NCBI GenBank assembly: GCA_028716705.1
Contig: JAQUPI010000004.1
Location: forward strand, 656 to 64,655
DNA from: Candidatus Omnitrophota bacterium
GTDB taxonomy: Bacteria; Omnitrophota; Gorgyraeia; Gygaellales; Profunditerraquicolaceae
Direction of reading: 5' to 3'
Length of the DNA stretch: 64,000 bases
Positions 1-8,631 of the stretch are shown here, in pieces; within the stretch, counting starts at the first letter, position 1; the number at the start of each line of letters is the position of its first letter. Position numbers and translations under genes: made by a program. A model generated the notes under the pieces. The model saw only the letters and a program-made list of their open reading frames with translations, searched no databases and was not told where the DNA came from.

Positions 1-80
1 AATATTTTCTTTGGGCAAAGCGTTACGCAAGCACCGCATCCAACGCAAAGTTCCTCATCGATCATCACTATCTTTTCCAT
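1..80 (-). CDS. 4Fe-4S ferredoxin-like protein, N-terminal fragment (gene continues left of window)
   Basis: Reverse complement of 1..80 reads ATG GAA AAG ... = MEKIVMIDEELCVGCGACVTLCPKKI, a CxxCxxCxxxCP 4Fe-4S motif. An AGAAAGAGAGG RBS-like sequence lies just upstream (right) of the ATG at 80. Confidence 0.55.
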   Translation of the reverse strand, partial: MEKIVMIDEELCVGCGACVTLCPKKI

Positions 81-229
81 ATTTCTCTGGCCTCTCTTTC
101 TCTGGTGTTTATAATTTTACCACAGATTATGGGTAACCAAAAGAATAAACCGGGAGGGACTAACCGTAGGAAATATTAGACATTACAACAAGGATAAGCT
201 TTGCCCCAAAGAAAAATTCTCTGCTCATC

Positions 230-550
230 CTAAAAAGTAACGATCTTATCACTTTCTTTAACGATTTCGTACATATCCCTCATAGTCGAAATCGGACACA
301 TATCAGAACCTTCCTGGCCCCTGCCCTTGATACACATCCCACAGGCATAGATCTTGCCTCCGGATTTCAGGAAATTATCCGCCTGTTCAATAGTATTAAA
401 TTTACCTGTGCTTAGTTGCTGATACTCAACGCCCTTTCCCATAAAGAAAACTTTCACCTCATCCTTATGGCCAAGGGCAAAATTAGCGTAACGTAAAGCA
501 TTCCAGCAAGTTTCAACATCATTGCTTGAGATTATAATTCCTATTTTCAC
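230..550 (-). CDS. DsrE/DsrF-like sulfur-relay family protein
   Basis: 106 aa. Pattern MKIGIIISS...KVFFMGKGV...IYACGMC matches the DsrE/DsrF/DsrH-like small alpha/beta proteins. Confidence 0.55.
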   Translation of the reverse strand: MKIGIIISSNDVETCWNALRYANFALGHKDEVKVFFMGKGVEYQQLSTGKFNTIEQADNFLKSGGKIYACGMCIKGRGQEGSDMCPISTMRDMYEIVKESDKIVTF

Positions 551-638
551 TTCTAACCTCCCAGGTTAAAAGATCTTCATAGCGATACACAGGCCCCGCA
601 GCCAACACAAAGCTCTGCGTCAATGATCACTATTTTAC

Positions 639-1349
639 TCATATTTCTATAACCTCTCCCTCTTGGGCCTTTATAAAATTCTGTCCAAACGCTAGTTGCA
701 TTGCCTCTGTTGCGCGCCTTCCTGTGCAATGCATAGGCGCGATCCTGCGCACACTCAACTCCTGCAGTTTCTTTATTGTATGCTCATTCATTTCACTTGT
801 ATTATTCTTAAGGTGAAAACCCCCGATAAGGGTATGTGCATTCATTTGAAAACGTTCTTTAACATACCTGACAATATTCACTATTCCGGGATGAGCACAC
901 CCGCATATTATCGCCGACCCATTGGCAGATTTTATAATTGCCGACTGCTCATATATTTTGCGGCCGTCAGACTCCCCATAAAGCTCTCCCGTTGAATAAA
1001 TATCATCATTTATCCGGGTGCCCTCTCTGACATCAATAACCTTTACTCCAAATGAAACGACCCTTTCTTTTATGTCCCGCCTGAAGCCAGGACAGATATA
1101 AACTGTAACGTCTTTCCGGATATTCAGCAAATACCATAACCCGGAGATATGATCCCAGTCATCGTGAGATAAAACAATTTTCTTTATTTTCTCCGTTTCA
1201 ACGTTAAACTTCCGTAGATTGTTCAAGATCACGCCCGGATCGCCAAAGGTATCAAATAGGGCCTCTTCTCCGATTAAAAGGGATAACCCCCACCTGCGGA
1301 AGAGCCGTTCCCACTTGCTTGACCCTGCAGCTATAATCCTTATTTGCAT
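639..1349 (-). CDS. MBL-fold metallo-hydrolase
   Basis: 236 aa with SHDDWDHISG and GCAHPG motifs typical of the metallo-beta-lactamase fold. A GAGGGAGAGG RBS sits upstream. Confidence 0.6.
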   Translation of the reverse strand: MQIRIIAAGSSKWERLFRRWGLSLLIGEEALFDTFGDPGVILNNLRKFNVETEKIKKIVLSHDDWDHISGLWYLLNIRKDVTVYICPGFRRDIKERVVSFGVKVIDVREGTRINDDIYSTGELYGESDGRKIYEQSAIIKSANGSAIICGCAHPGIVNIVRYVKERFQMNAHTLIGGFHLKNNTSEMNEHTIKKLQELSVRRIAPMHCTGRRATEAMQLAFGQNFIKAQEGEVIEI

Positions 1350-1350
1350 G

Positions 1351-2088
1351 TTAATGGTTTATTGCCGCCGCCAAATACATAAAGGCCACGCCTAATATAA
1401 AAATGGCCATTGAAAACGTGGCTTTCTTAATATCCTGCTGTTTATGTAATTCCGGTATAAGGTCGCAGCTTGCGACATAAATAAAACCTCCCGCGGCAAC
1501 AGGCATAAGCAATTTCAAGAAAATGTCGCAAGTATTAGCGAGGGCATAGCCGATAGCTGTCCCCAAAATGGCTGTGATGGCTGATAGAAAATTATATAAC
1601 AGCGCCTTATTCCTGCTCAAACCTCTGTAAACCAATACCCCGAAGTCGCCTATCTCCTGAGGGATCTCATGCAAAATAATCGCGATCGATGTAGCCATAC
1701 CGAAATTAATATTAACGAAAAAAGAGGATCCGATTATAAGGCCGTCTATAAAATTATGCACCCCGTCCCCTACGAGGTTTAAGTATGTAAACGTATGTAT
1801 ATCGCATTTTTCCTTATGGCAGTGGCGCCAGTGCAGATATTTCTCCAATATAAAGAATAAGATAAAACCGATGATAACAAACGAATAGACCTCGCCGTGA
1901 ACGCTCTTCTCCGCCGCTTCCGGTATTAGATGTAAAAACGCGCCTCCTATCAAGGCCCCGGCGGAAAAACTGATCAGTAAAAGAAGGACTCTGTCCAGGA
2001 AATCCTCTTTAAAGAGCAGGCTGATAATCCCGACGAAGGAGATTAAACTTACGATAATACTGGCGGCTAAAGCCGCGGCTAGATTCAT
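1351..2088 (-). CDS. ZIP family metal (zinc) transporter
   Basis: Multi-TM protein carrying the ZIP signature HEIPQEIGDFGVL and His-rich loop HWRHCHKEKCDIH. Confidence 0.85.
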   Translation of the reverse strand: MNLAAALAASIIVSLISFVGIISLLFKEDFLDRVLLLLISFSAGALIGGAFLHLIPEAAEKSVHGEVYSFVIIGFILFFILEKYLHWRHCHKEKCDIHTFTYLNLVGDGVHNFIDGLIIGSSFFVNINFGMATSIAIILHEIPQEIGDFGVLVYRGLSRNKALLYNFLSAITAILGTAIGYALANTCDIFLKLLMPVAAGGFIYVASCDLIPELHKQQDIKKATFSMAIFILGVAFMYLAAAINH

Positions 2089-2116
2089 TTATCGCTCTAT
2101 AATCCCTTCGCGATGA

Positions 2117-2533
2117 TCATTTCCTTAGTATATAATCCGCTATCGCCCTGTACAGCGTGCTCACTGATAGTATCGAACAATGCAGATGGTCTTCCGGCAA
2201 ACCTTTAAGCCCGGCAATAACATCTCCCGCGGAAATTGAAAGCGCCTCTTTGATGGTTCTGCCGTCCGCCAGTTTTGCCGCCATAGCCGCGCAGGCGCGC
2301 GTAGCTCCGCAGCCGTCGGTGAAATATTTTATCCGGGTGATTTTACTATTTTCGATCACCAGGTAGAACTCCATAGAATCTCCACAGGGCCCCCTTAAGT
2401 AAGAAGAGCTTACCGGGTCATTCATCCTGCCGAAATATTCTTTTGCGTTGATCAACTTTATTACCTCTTTTGGATAAACAGAGAGGTCTTCGGGGCTATC
2501 ATTATGTATTTCTTTCATTTTATTGTCTCCCAA
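2117..2533 (-). CDS. IscU/NifU N-terminal-domain-like Fe-S cluster scaffold protein
   Basis: Three conserved Cys in IscU-like spacing (GPCGDSMEF, DGCGATRAC, HCSIL). Confidence 0.7.
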   Translation of the reverse strand: MGDNKMKEIHNDSPEDLSVYPKEVIKLINAKEYFGRMNDPVSSSYLRGPCGDSMEFYLVIENSKITRIKYFTDGCGATRACAAMAAKLADGRTIKEALSISAGDVIAGLKGLPEDHLHCSILSVSTLYRAIADYILRK

Positions 2534-3363
2534 ACTTTCCTTACCTCATTTGCCGCAGCGCATTCCGCGTACTCAACAATGGTTTTACCTTCAACCAGCG
2601 CCTTAACAACTGCTTCGTCAAAAGGGATCCGTCCTGCAACCGGTATATTATTCTCCCCGCAAAACGTCTCTATAGTCTCTGCTATCGTAAGATTCAGGTC
2701 GTATTTATTTATTGCTAACTTAACGCCAATGTTAAAGTGTTCAGCTACTTCTATTACACGTTTGGCATCATGCAATCCGGAAAGAGTCGGCTCGGTTACG
2801 ATCAAAGCGCAGTCAACCCCCGATAAGGAAGCGATAACCGGGCATCCAATACCGGGAGGCCCGTCAATGATCACGTAATCAAGCGCCTGTTTTTCCGCTA
2901 ACTCTTTGCCGGCCTTGCGTATCTGTGCCACAAGCTTCCCTGAATTCTCTTCGGCAATCCCAAGTTTCGCGTGCACAAAAGGCCCGTATTCTGTATCGGA
3001 AACAAACCATTCACCCGCGATATTCTCTTCCATGCGGATAGCTCCATACGGGCATATATAACTGCAAAGGGCGCATCCCTCGCAGAAAAAACGTTCAATC
3101 GAGCAATCGGATCCTATTGCCCCGGATCTACATACTGAAATGCATTTCCCGCATTTCTCGCAGAGTTTATTATCAATAACCGCGGTTTGCCCGCTTCTAA
3201 ACTCATGGCGTTCTTTTAAAACTGGATGCAGTAAAAGATGAAGGTCCGCCGCGTCCACATCGCAATCAACCATGATCTTATTTTTGGCCAAAGCGGCAAA
3301 CGCTCCCGCGACAACCGTTTTACCTGTCCCGCCTTTTCCGCTAATAACGGCTATTTGCTTCAC
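2515..3363 (-). CDS. MinD/ParA-superfamily P-loop ATPase with inserted 4Fe-4S ferredoxin domains
   Basis: Walker A GKGGTGKT at the N-terminus. Two Cys clusters (CEKCGKCISVC, CEGCALCSYICP) and a C-terminal MinD-like region. Confidence 0.8.
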   Translation of the reverse strand: MKQIAVISGKGGTGKTVVAGAFAALAKNKIMVDCDVDAADLHLLLHPVLKERHEFRSGQTAVIDNKLCEKCGKCISVCRSGAIGSDCSIERFFCEGCALCSYICPYGAIRMEENIAGEWFVSDTEYGPFVHAKLGIAEENSGKLVAQIRKAGKELAEKQALDYVIIDGPPGIGCPVIASLSGVDCALIVTEPTLSGLHDAKRVIEVAEHFNIGVKLAINKYDLNLTIAETIETFCGENNIPVAGRIPFDEAVVKALVEGKTIVEYAECAAANEVRKVWETIK

Positions 3364-4210
3364 TCTTTATCGCGCGGATATTAAGATATAAGTTAATAAA
3401 TTTGTCCTGATACGAAGCGTCCTTTTTTATAATGGGCATTCCTTCCGAATAACTAACCGCTATCTCCCTGCTAAAAGGGATTTTCATCAAAATAGGCATA
3501 TTCTCCTGCTTACAATACTCTTCAACCTTACCATCGCCGATATCAGAGCGGTTAATGACTACGCCGAATGGTATCTTTAATTTTCTCAATACCTCAACCG
3601 CTAAAATCAAGTCGTTAAGGCCGAAAGGCGTCGGCTCGGTAACTAACAGGCAAAAATCACTCCCTTTAACTGCCGTGATGACCGGACAGGATGTTCCAGG
3701 AGGGGCATCGATAATCACCGTCCTTGTGGGATTGATATACTTCTTCAACTGCCGGACCAAAGGCGGCGACATGGCTTCACCAACATTCAGGCGTCCATGA
3801 ACAAACTGCATATTATTTCTTTCTCCTATCTCAATTACGCCGGTATCTCTATTGGCTTCCTTTATTGCTGTTTGAGGGCAAAGGAGACTGCAGGCGCCGC
3901 ATCCATGGCAAAGATGCGGAAAGACCAAAACGCTCCCCTTCTGGCCGTTATTTCCCGGTAATACAGCGATCGCGTGGTACGCGCAAACCTCCTGGCACCT
4001 GCCGCAATGAGCGCATTTTGCCTCATCAATCTCCGGTACCGGGATATACGCCTCGGTCTTTTCTTTTATAAGAGGTTTCAGAAAAATATGCGCATTCGGC
4101 TCCTCTACATCACAGTCAAGAAACTGGATATTCTTAAGCGACAAGGCCAAATTAACCGCGACCGTTGTCTTGCCTGTCCCGCCCTTACCGCTGGCAACTG
4201 AAATGATCAT
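3341..4210 (-). CDS. MinD/ParA-superfamily P-loop ATPase with inserted 4Fe-4S ferredoxin domains (paralog)
   Basis: Walker A SGKGGTGKTT plus CAHCGRCQEVC and CHGCGACSLLCP clusters. Paralogous to the upstream gene. Confidence 0.8.
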   Translation of the reverse strand: MIISVASGKGGTGKTTVAVNLALSLKNIQFLDCDVEEPNAHIFLKPLIKEKTEAYIPVPEIDEAKCAHCGRCQEVCAYHAIAVLPGNNGQKGSVLVFPHLCHGCGACSLLCPQTAIKEANRDTGVIEIGERNNMQFVHGRLNVGEAMSPPLVRQLKKYINPTRTVIIDAPPGTSCPVITAVKGSDFCLLVTEPTPFGLNDLILAVEVLRKLKIPFGVVINRSDIGDGKVEEYCKQENMPILMKIPFSREIAVSYSEGMPIIKKDASYQDKFINLYLNIRAIKSEANSRY

Positions 4211-4818
4211 ATCAATTGATGGTAAGCTATTAAGACTTCCTGATATTTGCTGCTTGCTTTGCCGGTATTAAAACCCTTCTTTATTAGATACCTTTCTATA
4301 TCGGCTAAAGTAGTTGAGCTGACATCATGTTTTCTGCCTTCGCTGGCATGGATCTTGTCCATCAATGCCATTCCTTCTCCGGTAAAGTCGCTTAAAACAA
4401 TCTTGCCTTCAAAACAAAGCAGGCGAATGAGTTCATCGAGGACTTTATAGGGGCTTGTCAGATGATGGAAGGTGTTTATAGAAAAAATAATGTCAAAACT
4501 TTTATCTTTAAAGCTTAAATATTCGCCGTTTTCAACGCGAAAATCCACAAGATGGTCAAGCCCGAAATATTTAAGATTTAACTTCGCGAACCTTTGTTCT
4601 TCTTTGGAAATATCAAAAGTGGTAAACCTATAGCCCTCCCTGGCCAAGGCGAGCGCAAAATGGCCTTTACCGGTCCCGGCTTCCAATATATCCCCATAAA
4701 TCGGCTGGGCCTTTTCAACGATAAAAGACCTTTCCTTATCTATGTCGCAGCCAAAACTTTTATACAACGCCTTGCGTTCCAGATAGAGTTTGTGGTTTTC
4801 TAAGGCCTCTTTATCCAA
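4207..4818 (-). CDS. class I SAM-dependent methyltransferase
   Basis: SAM-binding motif I (ILEAGTGKGHFALALA) and the overall Rossmann-fold pattern. Confidence 0.7.
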   Translation of the reverse strand: MDKEALENHKLYLERKALYKSFGCDIDKERSFIVEKAQPIYGDILEAGTGKGHFALALAREGYRFTTFDISKEEQRFAKLNLKYFGLDHLVDFRVENGEYLSFKDKSFDIIFSINTFHHLTSPYKVLDELIRLLCFEGKIVLSDFTGEGMALMDKIHASEGRKHDVSSTTLADIERYLIKKGFNTGKASSKYQEVLIAYHQLI

Positions 4819-4819
4819 C

Positions 4820-5029
4820 TCAACCTTCCCGCACCATTCTTATGCCGCATTTAGGGCAGTTCATGGAAGAACAAGGAATGCCTGCCTGATGCGGGACTTT
4901 TGTGCCGCAACCAGGACAAACACAGTTTCCTCCCGGCCCGGCGTTACCAAGATTCCGGCCGCTCCTGCCTATACCTCTGCCCCTTCCAAAGCCCCGGCCT
5001 GAAGGGCCCGCTCCATCGCCTCTGGGCAT
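4820..5029 (-). CDS. small RG-rich zinc-ribbon protein, DUF5320-like
   Basis: MPRGDGAGPSGRGFGRGRGIGRSGR N-terminal low-complexity region followed by CxxC...CxxC (CPGCGTK ... CPKCGIRM). This family is typically found next to NifX-like and MinD-ferredoxin genes. The start is taken at the internal MPRGDG. Confidence 0.5.
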   Translation of the reverse strand: MPRGDGAGPSGRGFGRGRGIGRSGRNLGNAGPGGNCVCPGCGTKVPHQAGIPCSSMNCPKCGIRMVREG

Positions 5030-5075
5030 ATAAATCACCTCCTTGATATTGATAAGCTGCCATAGCTGCTCTTTG

Positions 5076-5453
5076 TTATTTCTTCATTTCCTGTTTTCCG
5101 GAGTGCGATACGACGCTTGGCCCGGAAACCGCGGTAAATCCTCCTTTTTTATATTTTTCAATCGCTTCTTTGACCGAACCTGCTGCTCCGGTAAAAACTA
5201 CTATCCCTGCCGCCTGTAATGTCTGAAAGGCATTCGGCCCGACATCACCTGTAAGTACTGCTTTTACCTGATTAGAGGCGACTAACTGCGCCGATTGAAT
5301 ACCCGCCCCGCCCTGAAACTGGGCGTTAGTATTCTCCTGCGCTTCAAAATCGCCCGTCTTTGTGTCAAAAAAGATGAAATTCCGGCACCGTCCGAAACGC
5401 GGATCTACCCTGGAATCCAAAGTTTTACCTTCCGAGGTTACGCATATTTTCAT
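5076..5453 (-). CDS. NifX/NifB-family dinitrogenase FeMo-cofactor biosynthesis domain protein
   Basis: MKICVTSEGK...PRFGRCRNFIFFD...GAGIQSAQLV...VKAVLTGDVGPNAF is typical of PF02579-type proteins. The start is set at the internal MKICV to avoid the upstream gene. Confidence 0.75.
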   Translation of the reverse strand: MKICVTSEGKTLDSRVDPRFGRCRNFIFFDTKTGDFEAQENTNAQFQGGAGIQSAQLVASNQVKAVLTGDVGPNAFQTLQAAGIVVFTGAAGSVKEAIEKYKKGGFTAVSGPSVVSHSGKQEMKK

Positions 5454-5467
5454 ATGTACCTTCTTTC

Positions 5468-5911
5468 TTAATGGCAGCTTCCGCCCTGGCTGCCGTGCTC
5501 CTTGCATGCATCAAGGCCGCCCAAGGCGTTATTTATGAAATCGTCCAGAGCTTTTTGCACATTACCTGAATAACCAAATACCTGAACGCCTGCCTGGGCG
5601 AACTTTTGCTGCGCGCCCATACCCATGCCTCCGGCTATAATATGCGTAATTCTGTACTTTAATATTTCATCCACCGCGATACACCCGCCTCCGCCGTGAA
5701 CAGCGGTATTCGGCACAATGCGGGTACTCACGATCTTCTTCATACCCTTGTCTATATCCGCCAAAAAGAAATACCTGCACTGCCCGAAATGCGCGCATAC
5801 GTTGCCATGGATACCATTTTCGTCTTCCAGCACGACCCCTACTCTCACCTTTGTGTCAAAACCCGGCATTCGAACACCTCCTTGCTTACTGTTATTGGAA
5901 ACCATTTTCAT
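5468..5911 (-). CDS. NifX/NifB-family dinitrogenase FeMo-cofactor biosynthesis domain protein (second copy)
   Basis: VGVVLEDENGIHGNVCAHFGQCRYFFLADID...HIIAGGMGMGAQQKF pattern. The true start may be the internal MPGFDTK. Confidence 0.7.
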   Translation of the reverse strand: MKMVSNNSKQGGVRMPGFDTKVRVGVVLEDENGIHGNVCAHFGQCRYFFLADIDKGMKKIVSTRIVPNTAVHGGGGCIAVDEILKYRITHIIAGGMGMGAQQKFAQAGVQVFGYSGNVQKALDDFINNALGGLDACKEHGSQGGSCH

Positions 5912-5932
5912 TATAAAAGAAAAAAAATTGGC

Positions 5933-6430
5933 TTACTTTTTACCCTTGCATTTTTCGCATAAGCCGTAAAATTGGATAATATGATTTGTGATGTTGAAAT
6001 CGTATTTCCTGGACAGCCCCCTTTCCGTTTCTTTAAGAAGCTCTACCTCTTCATCGATAAAATCGGTATAATCTATGATCTTGTTACAGCCCGTGCAGAC
6101 TAAATGGTGATGATGATGCGCGCCTTTCGGCCCCTGCGCCAGCTCATAACGGGCTCTCCCCTCCCCAAAATCAAGCTTATAAACCAGCCCCAGATTAGAC
6201 AATACATCCAGGGTTCTATAAATGGTGGTAAGGCCGACATTCGGATGGCCAGGATGGACTTTCATATAGATATCCTCGGCACTTAAGTGGCCTGCGTGCT
6301 TCGAAAGGACGCCAAGGATCGCCTCTCTGCCCATGGTCAATCTGTATCCGCATCCTTTAAATTTCCCGTGTAACCACGGACGGCCCCTGCAATTTCTATC
6401 CGGCATAACATTTACTCCCTGCTTCATCAT
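5933..6430 (-). CDS. Fur family transcriptional regulator (Fur/Zur/PerR-type)
   Basis: Winged-helix N-terminus (LTMGREAILGVL...HLSAEDIY) and the metal site HHHHLVCTGCNKIID...CEKC. Confidence 0.8.
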   Translation of the reverse strand: MMKQGVNVMPDRNCRGRPWLHGKFKGCGYRLTMGREAILGVLSKHAGHLSAEDIYMKVHPGHPNVGLTTIYRTLDVLSNLGLVYKLDFGEGRARYELAQGPKGAHHHHHLVCTGCNKIIDYTDFIDEEVELLKETERGLSRKYDFNITNHIIQFYGLCEKCKGKK

Positions 6431-6443
6431 AAACAGAAGTCAT

Positions 6444-6458
6444 TGGAAATGATTTCCA
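6444..6458. promoter_or_regulatory. perfect 7-1-7 palindrome TGGAAAT-g-ATTTCCA immediately upstream of the Fur-family gene start; candidate autoregulatory operator
   Basis: Inverted repeat read directly from the sequence, 14 nt from the ATG at 6430. Confidence 0.35.
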
Positions 6459-6505
6459 TTAACAAATTAAGTATACTCTAGGAGCCCCTGCCTGTCAAGA
6501 CAAAT

Positions 6506-7417
6506 TTAAAAATCAACGTGGGCCCTTACGCCTCTCTTATTTAAAAGCTTTCCCGCTAAAAAAGAGATTCCAAAAACAATTCCTATCCCGGTCAAGGCGG
6601 CGGCTATTGTTGCCAAGCCCGCATTTGGGATAAATGCTGCCTGATAATCGGCAAAAACAGCCGGCATCTCAAGATTTTTGAATTGCGCAAATGAGAATTT
6701 TCCGGCAACCCATTCAAGCCCGTCAGGAAAACTGCTGGTAAATGGGCTTAGGCCTGCCGCCAGAACGGCCAAAGCGGCTGACCCCAAAGCAACGGATGTC
6801 TCGTTTTCTCTCCAGAACCGCCCGAATGACTTAAGCGCATAGGCTATCGTAACTGTTAATACCGCCTCTCCTATGCCTATTAACGCATGCACGGATAACA
6901 TCGCCGGCATAATTTTATTAAAAGCGGCTGCTCCTGACCACGAGACTTCAATCGCGCAAGCAGCAGCTGCGGTGATTACAGAGGACACCGAAACTAAAAC
7001 CAGCGCCATTTTTTCATTAAACCCCTTCTCAGTCAACCGCCTCAGAGACCATCCCGCTAAACCCGCTCCTATAAGAGCCATATTTATAATATTAGCTCCT
7101 ATGGCGTTGATCCCTCCGTCGCCAAAAAATAGGGCCTGGACCGCCAAAATGACCGACATTGACAAAATCGCGAACGGGATCCCCAACAAGCTCACTGCCA
7201 ATACAGCCCCTACCAAATGTCCGGACGTCCCGTTTTGCACCGGGTAATTAAGCATTTGCAAAGCAAATATAAGCGCTGTGACTGCCGCGAATCTTGAGGA
7301 AGAAGGTTTTTCCTTACTTTTGCAGGCCCGTAAGGCAGTAAGCGCCACTCCCGCCCCTCCGACCGCGATTGTGACTGGACAAACCGCACCGTTTAACATT
7401 GAAGCTGGTATATGCAT
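6506..7417 (-). CDS. CbiM/NikM-family ECF-type Ni/Co transporter substrate component with C-terminal PDGLE domain
   Basis: N-terminal MHIPASML (the Met-His metal-binding N-terminus of CbiM/NikM). Multi-TM body and a C-terminal ...SFPDGLEWVAGK segment (PDGLE motif). Confidence 0.7.
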   Translation of the reverse strand: MHIPASMLNGAVCPVTIAVGGAGVALTALRACKSKEKPSSSRFAAVTALIFALQMLNYPVQNGTSGHLVGAVLAVSLLGIPFAILSMSVILAVQALFFGDGGINAIGANIINMALIGAGLAGWSLRRLTEKGFNEKMALVLVSVSSVITAAAACAIEVSWSGAAAFNKIMPAMLSVHALIGIGEAVLTVTIAYALKSFGRFWRENETSVALGSAALAVLAAGLSPFTSSFPDGLEWVAGKFSFAQFKNLEMPAVFADYQAAFIPNAGLATIAAALTGIGIVFGISFLAGKLLNKRGVRAHVDF

Positions 7418-7429
7418 TTCATTACCTCC

Positions 7430-7461
7430 TTTCGCTAAATACGATTATTAATTTCGTGCTA
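7430..7461. promoter_or_regulatory. direct repeat TACGATTA(T/G)TAA x2 with 20-bp period between nikR and the nikM-like gene; candidate operator
   Basis: Copies at 7430..7441 and 7450..7461 in the 69-bp intergenic region upstream of the nikM-like start. Confidence 0.3.
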
Positions 7462-7486
7462 CGATTAGTAAAAAAAATAATACATC

Positions 7487-7903
7487 CTACTTGATATCTT
7501 TACCCGTGGTTGACATATTTAAAGCTCCGTGTTTTACGCCTTTTATAGATGTTAAGGTATCCGCTAATAACTGCACTTCTTTAGGGTTCCCCTTTATGGC
7601 GACTATTTCCAGGCAATTATCGTGGTCTAAATGGATGTGCTGCGTGGAAATGATGAGCTTTTGGAAATCGTGCTGTATGTCCGTGATCTTATTTAAAAGT
7701 TCTCTTTTATGGTGGTCGTATATAAGGTTGATCGCTCCCGCCACTTCACGGTCTTCCCGCCATTCCTTTTTCACCAACTCTTGCCTGATCAAATCCCTGA
7801 AAGCTTCGGAGCGATTCGAATAATTTTTATTTTTAATAAGCAGGTCAAACTTCTCCAAAAGGTCTTTATCTAAAGAGATACCAAATCTGAAAACCTTAGG
7901 CAT
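7487..7903 (-). CDS. nikR: nickel-responsive transcriptional regulator NikR
   Basis: Ribbon-helix-helix N-terminus (FGISLDKDLLEKFDLLIKNKNYSNRSEAFRDLIR) and a C-terminal ACT-like domain with His/Cys nickel ligands (HHKRE...HIHLDHDNCLE). Confidence 0.8.
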   Translation of the reverse strand: MPKVFRFGISLDKDLLEKFDLLIKNKNYSNRSEAFRDLIRQELVKKEWREDREVAGAINLIYDHHKRELLNKITDIQHDFQKLIISTQHIHLDHDNCLEIVAIKGNPKEVQLLADTLTSIKGVKHGALNMSTTGKDIK

Positions 7904-7959
7904 TTAATCCCCCATATTACTTTTGTGATGATCGTAGCACTAAAAATACTGCTGTCAAG

Positions 7960-8631
7960 TTATTTCTTTAGCTCTTCAGGATGGTGTTTTATTACTTTCC
8001 CCTCGACCATATAAATAATATCTTCCGCGATATTGGTTGCGTGGTCACAGATCCGTTCAAGATGACGGGCAATTAATAATAACGGCACGGCACGCGGCGC
8101 GGTTGACGGTTCTTTTGCCATATAATCATTGATTAATTCGTCTTGAACTAAGTTTCTTAACTTATCCGCGTCTGAGTCGGATAACACGACCTTATTGGCA
8201 AGCGCTACATCTTTTTTCACGAATGCATCGATAGCGTCTCGCACCATATCTTGGGCGATCACCGATAACTTAGGTATGTCTATGAGGGGCTTCAGGATTG
8301 GTTTATCTACTAACTCTAAGATACGTTGTGATATATCTACCGCTAAATCGGCAATTCGCTCAAGCTCCGCGTTTATCTTCATTCCGGTTGTAATGAACCT
8401 TAAATCTCCCGCCATCGGCTGATGCCTGGCAATAAGATCAATGCATTTTTCGTCTATTACCAGTTCCAGCCGGTCTATTTTGTCATCGCTATCTATTACT
8501 TCTTTGGCGCCCATTTTATCCCGGTTTTTAAGCGCCTCTATAGACTTATATATAGCTTCTTGAGCCATAACTCCCATTTTCAGGATATCTTCGTACAAAG
8601 TCTTTAATTCTTCGTCAAAATGCCTTTCCAT
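7960..8631 (-). CDS. phoU: phosphate signalling complex protein PhoU
   Basis: 223-aa protein with two PhoU repeats, adjacent to pstB. Confidence 0.9.
   Translation of the reverse strand: MERHFDEELKTLYEDILKMGVMAQEAIYKSIEALKNRDKMGAKEVIDSDDKIDRLELVIDEKCIDLIARHQPMAGDLRFITTGMKINAELERIADLAVDISQRILELVDKPILKPLIDIPKLSVIAQDMVRDAIDAFVKKDVALANKVVLSDSDADKLRNLVQDELINDYMAKEPSTAPRAVPLLLIARHLERICDHATNIAEDIIYMVEGKVIKHHPEELKK

Noticed and set aside
5076-5507. Long-ORF version of the NifX-like gene (start at MQGARQ...)
   Set aside because: It would overlap the upstream NifX-like gene. The internal MKICVTSEG matches the family N-terminus, so the shorter start is preferred.
6444-6458. Match to the canonical E. 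coli Fur box or Zur box
   Set aside because: The palindrome is real but does not match the GATAATGATAATCATTATC (Fur) or E. coli NikR (GTATGA-N16-TCATAC) consensus. It is therefore reported only as a candidate lineage-specific operator, not as a named box.
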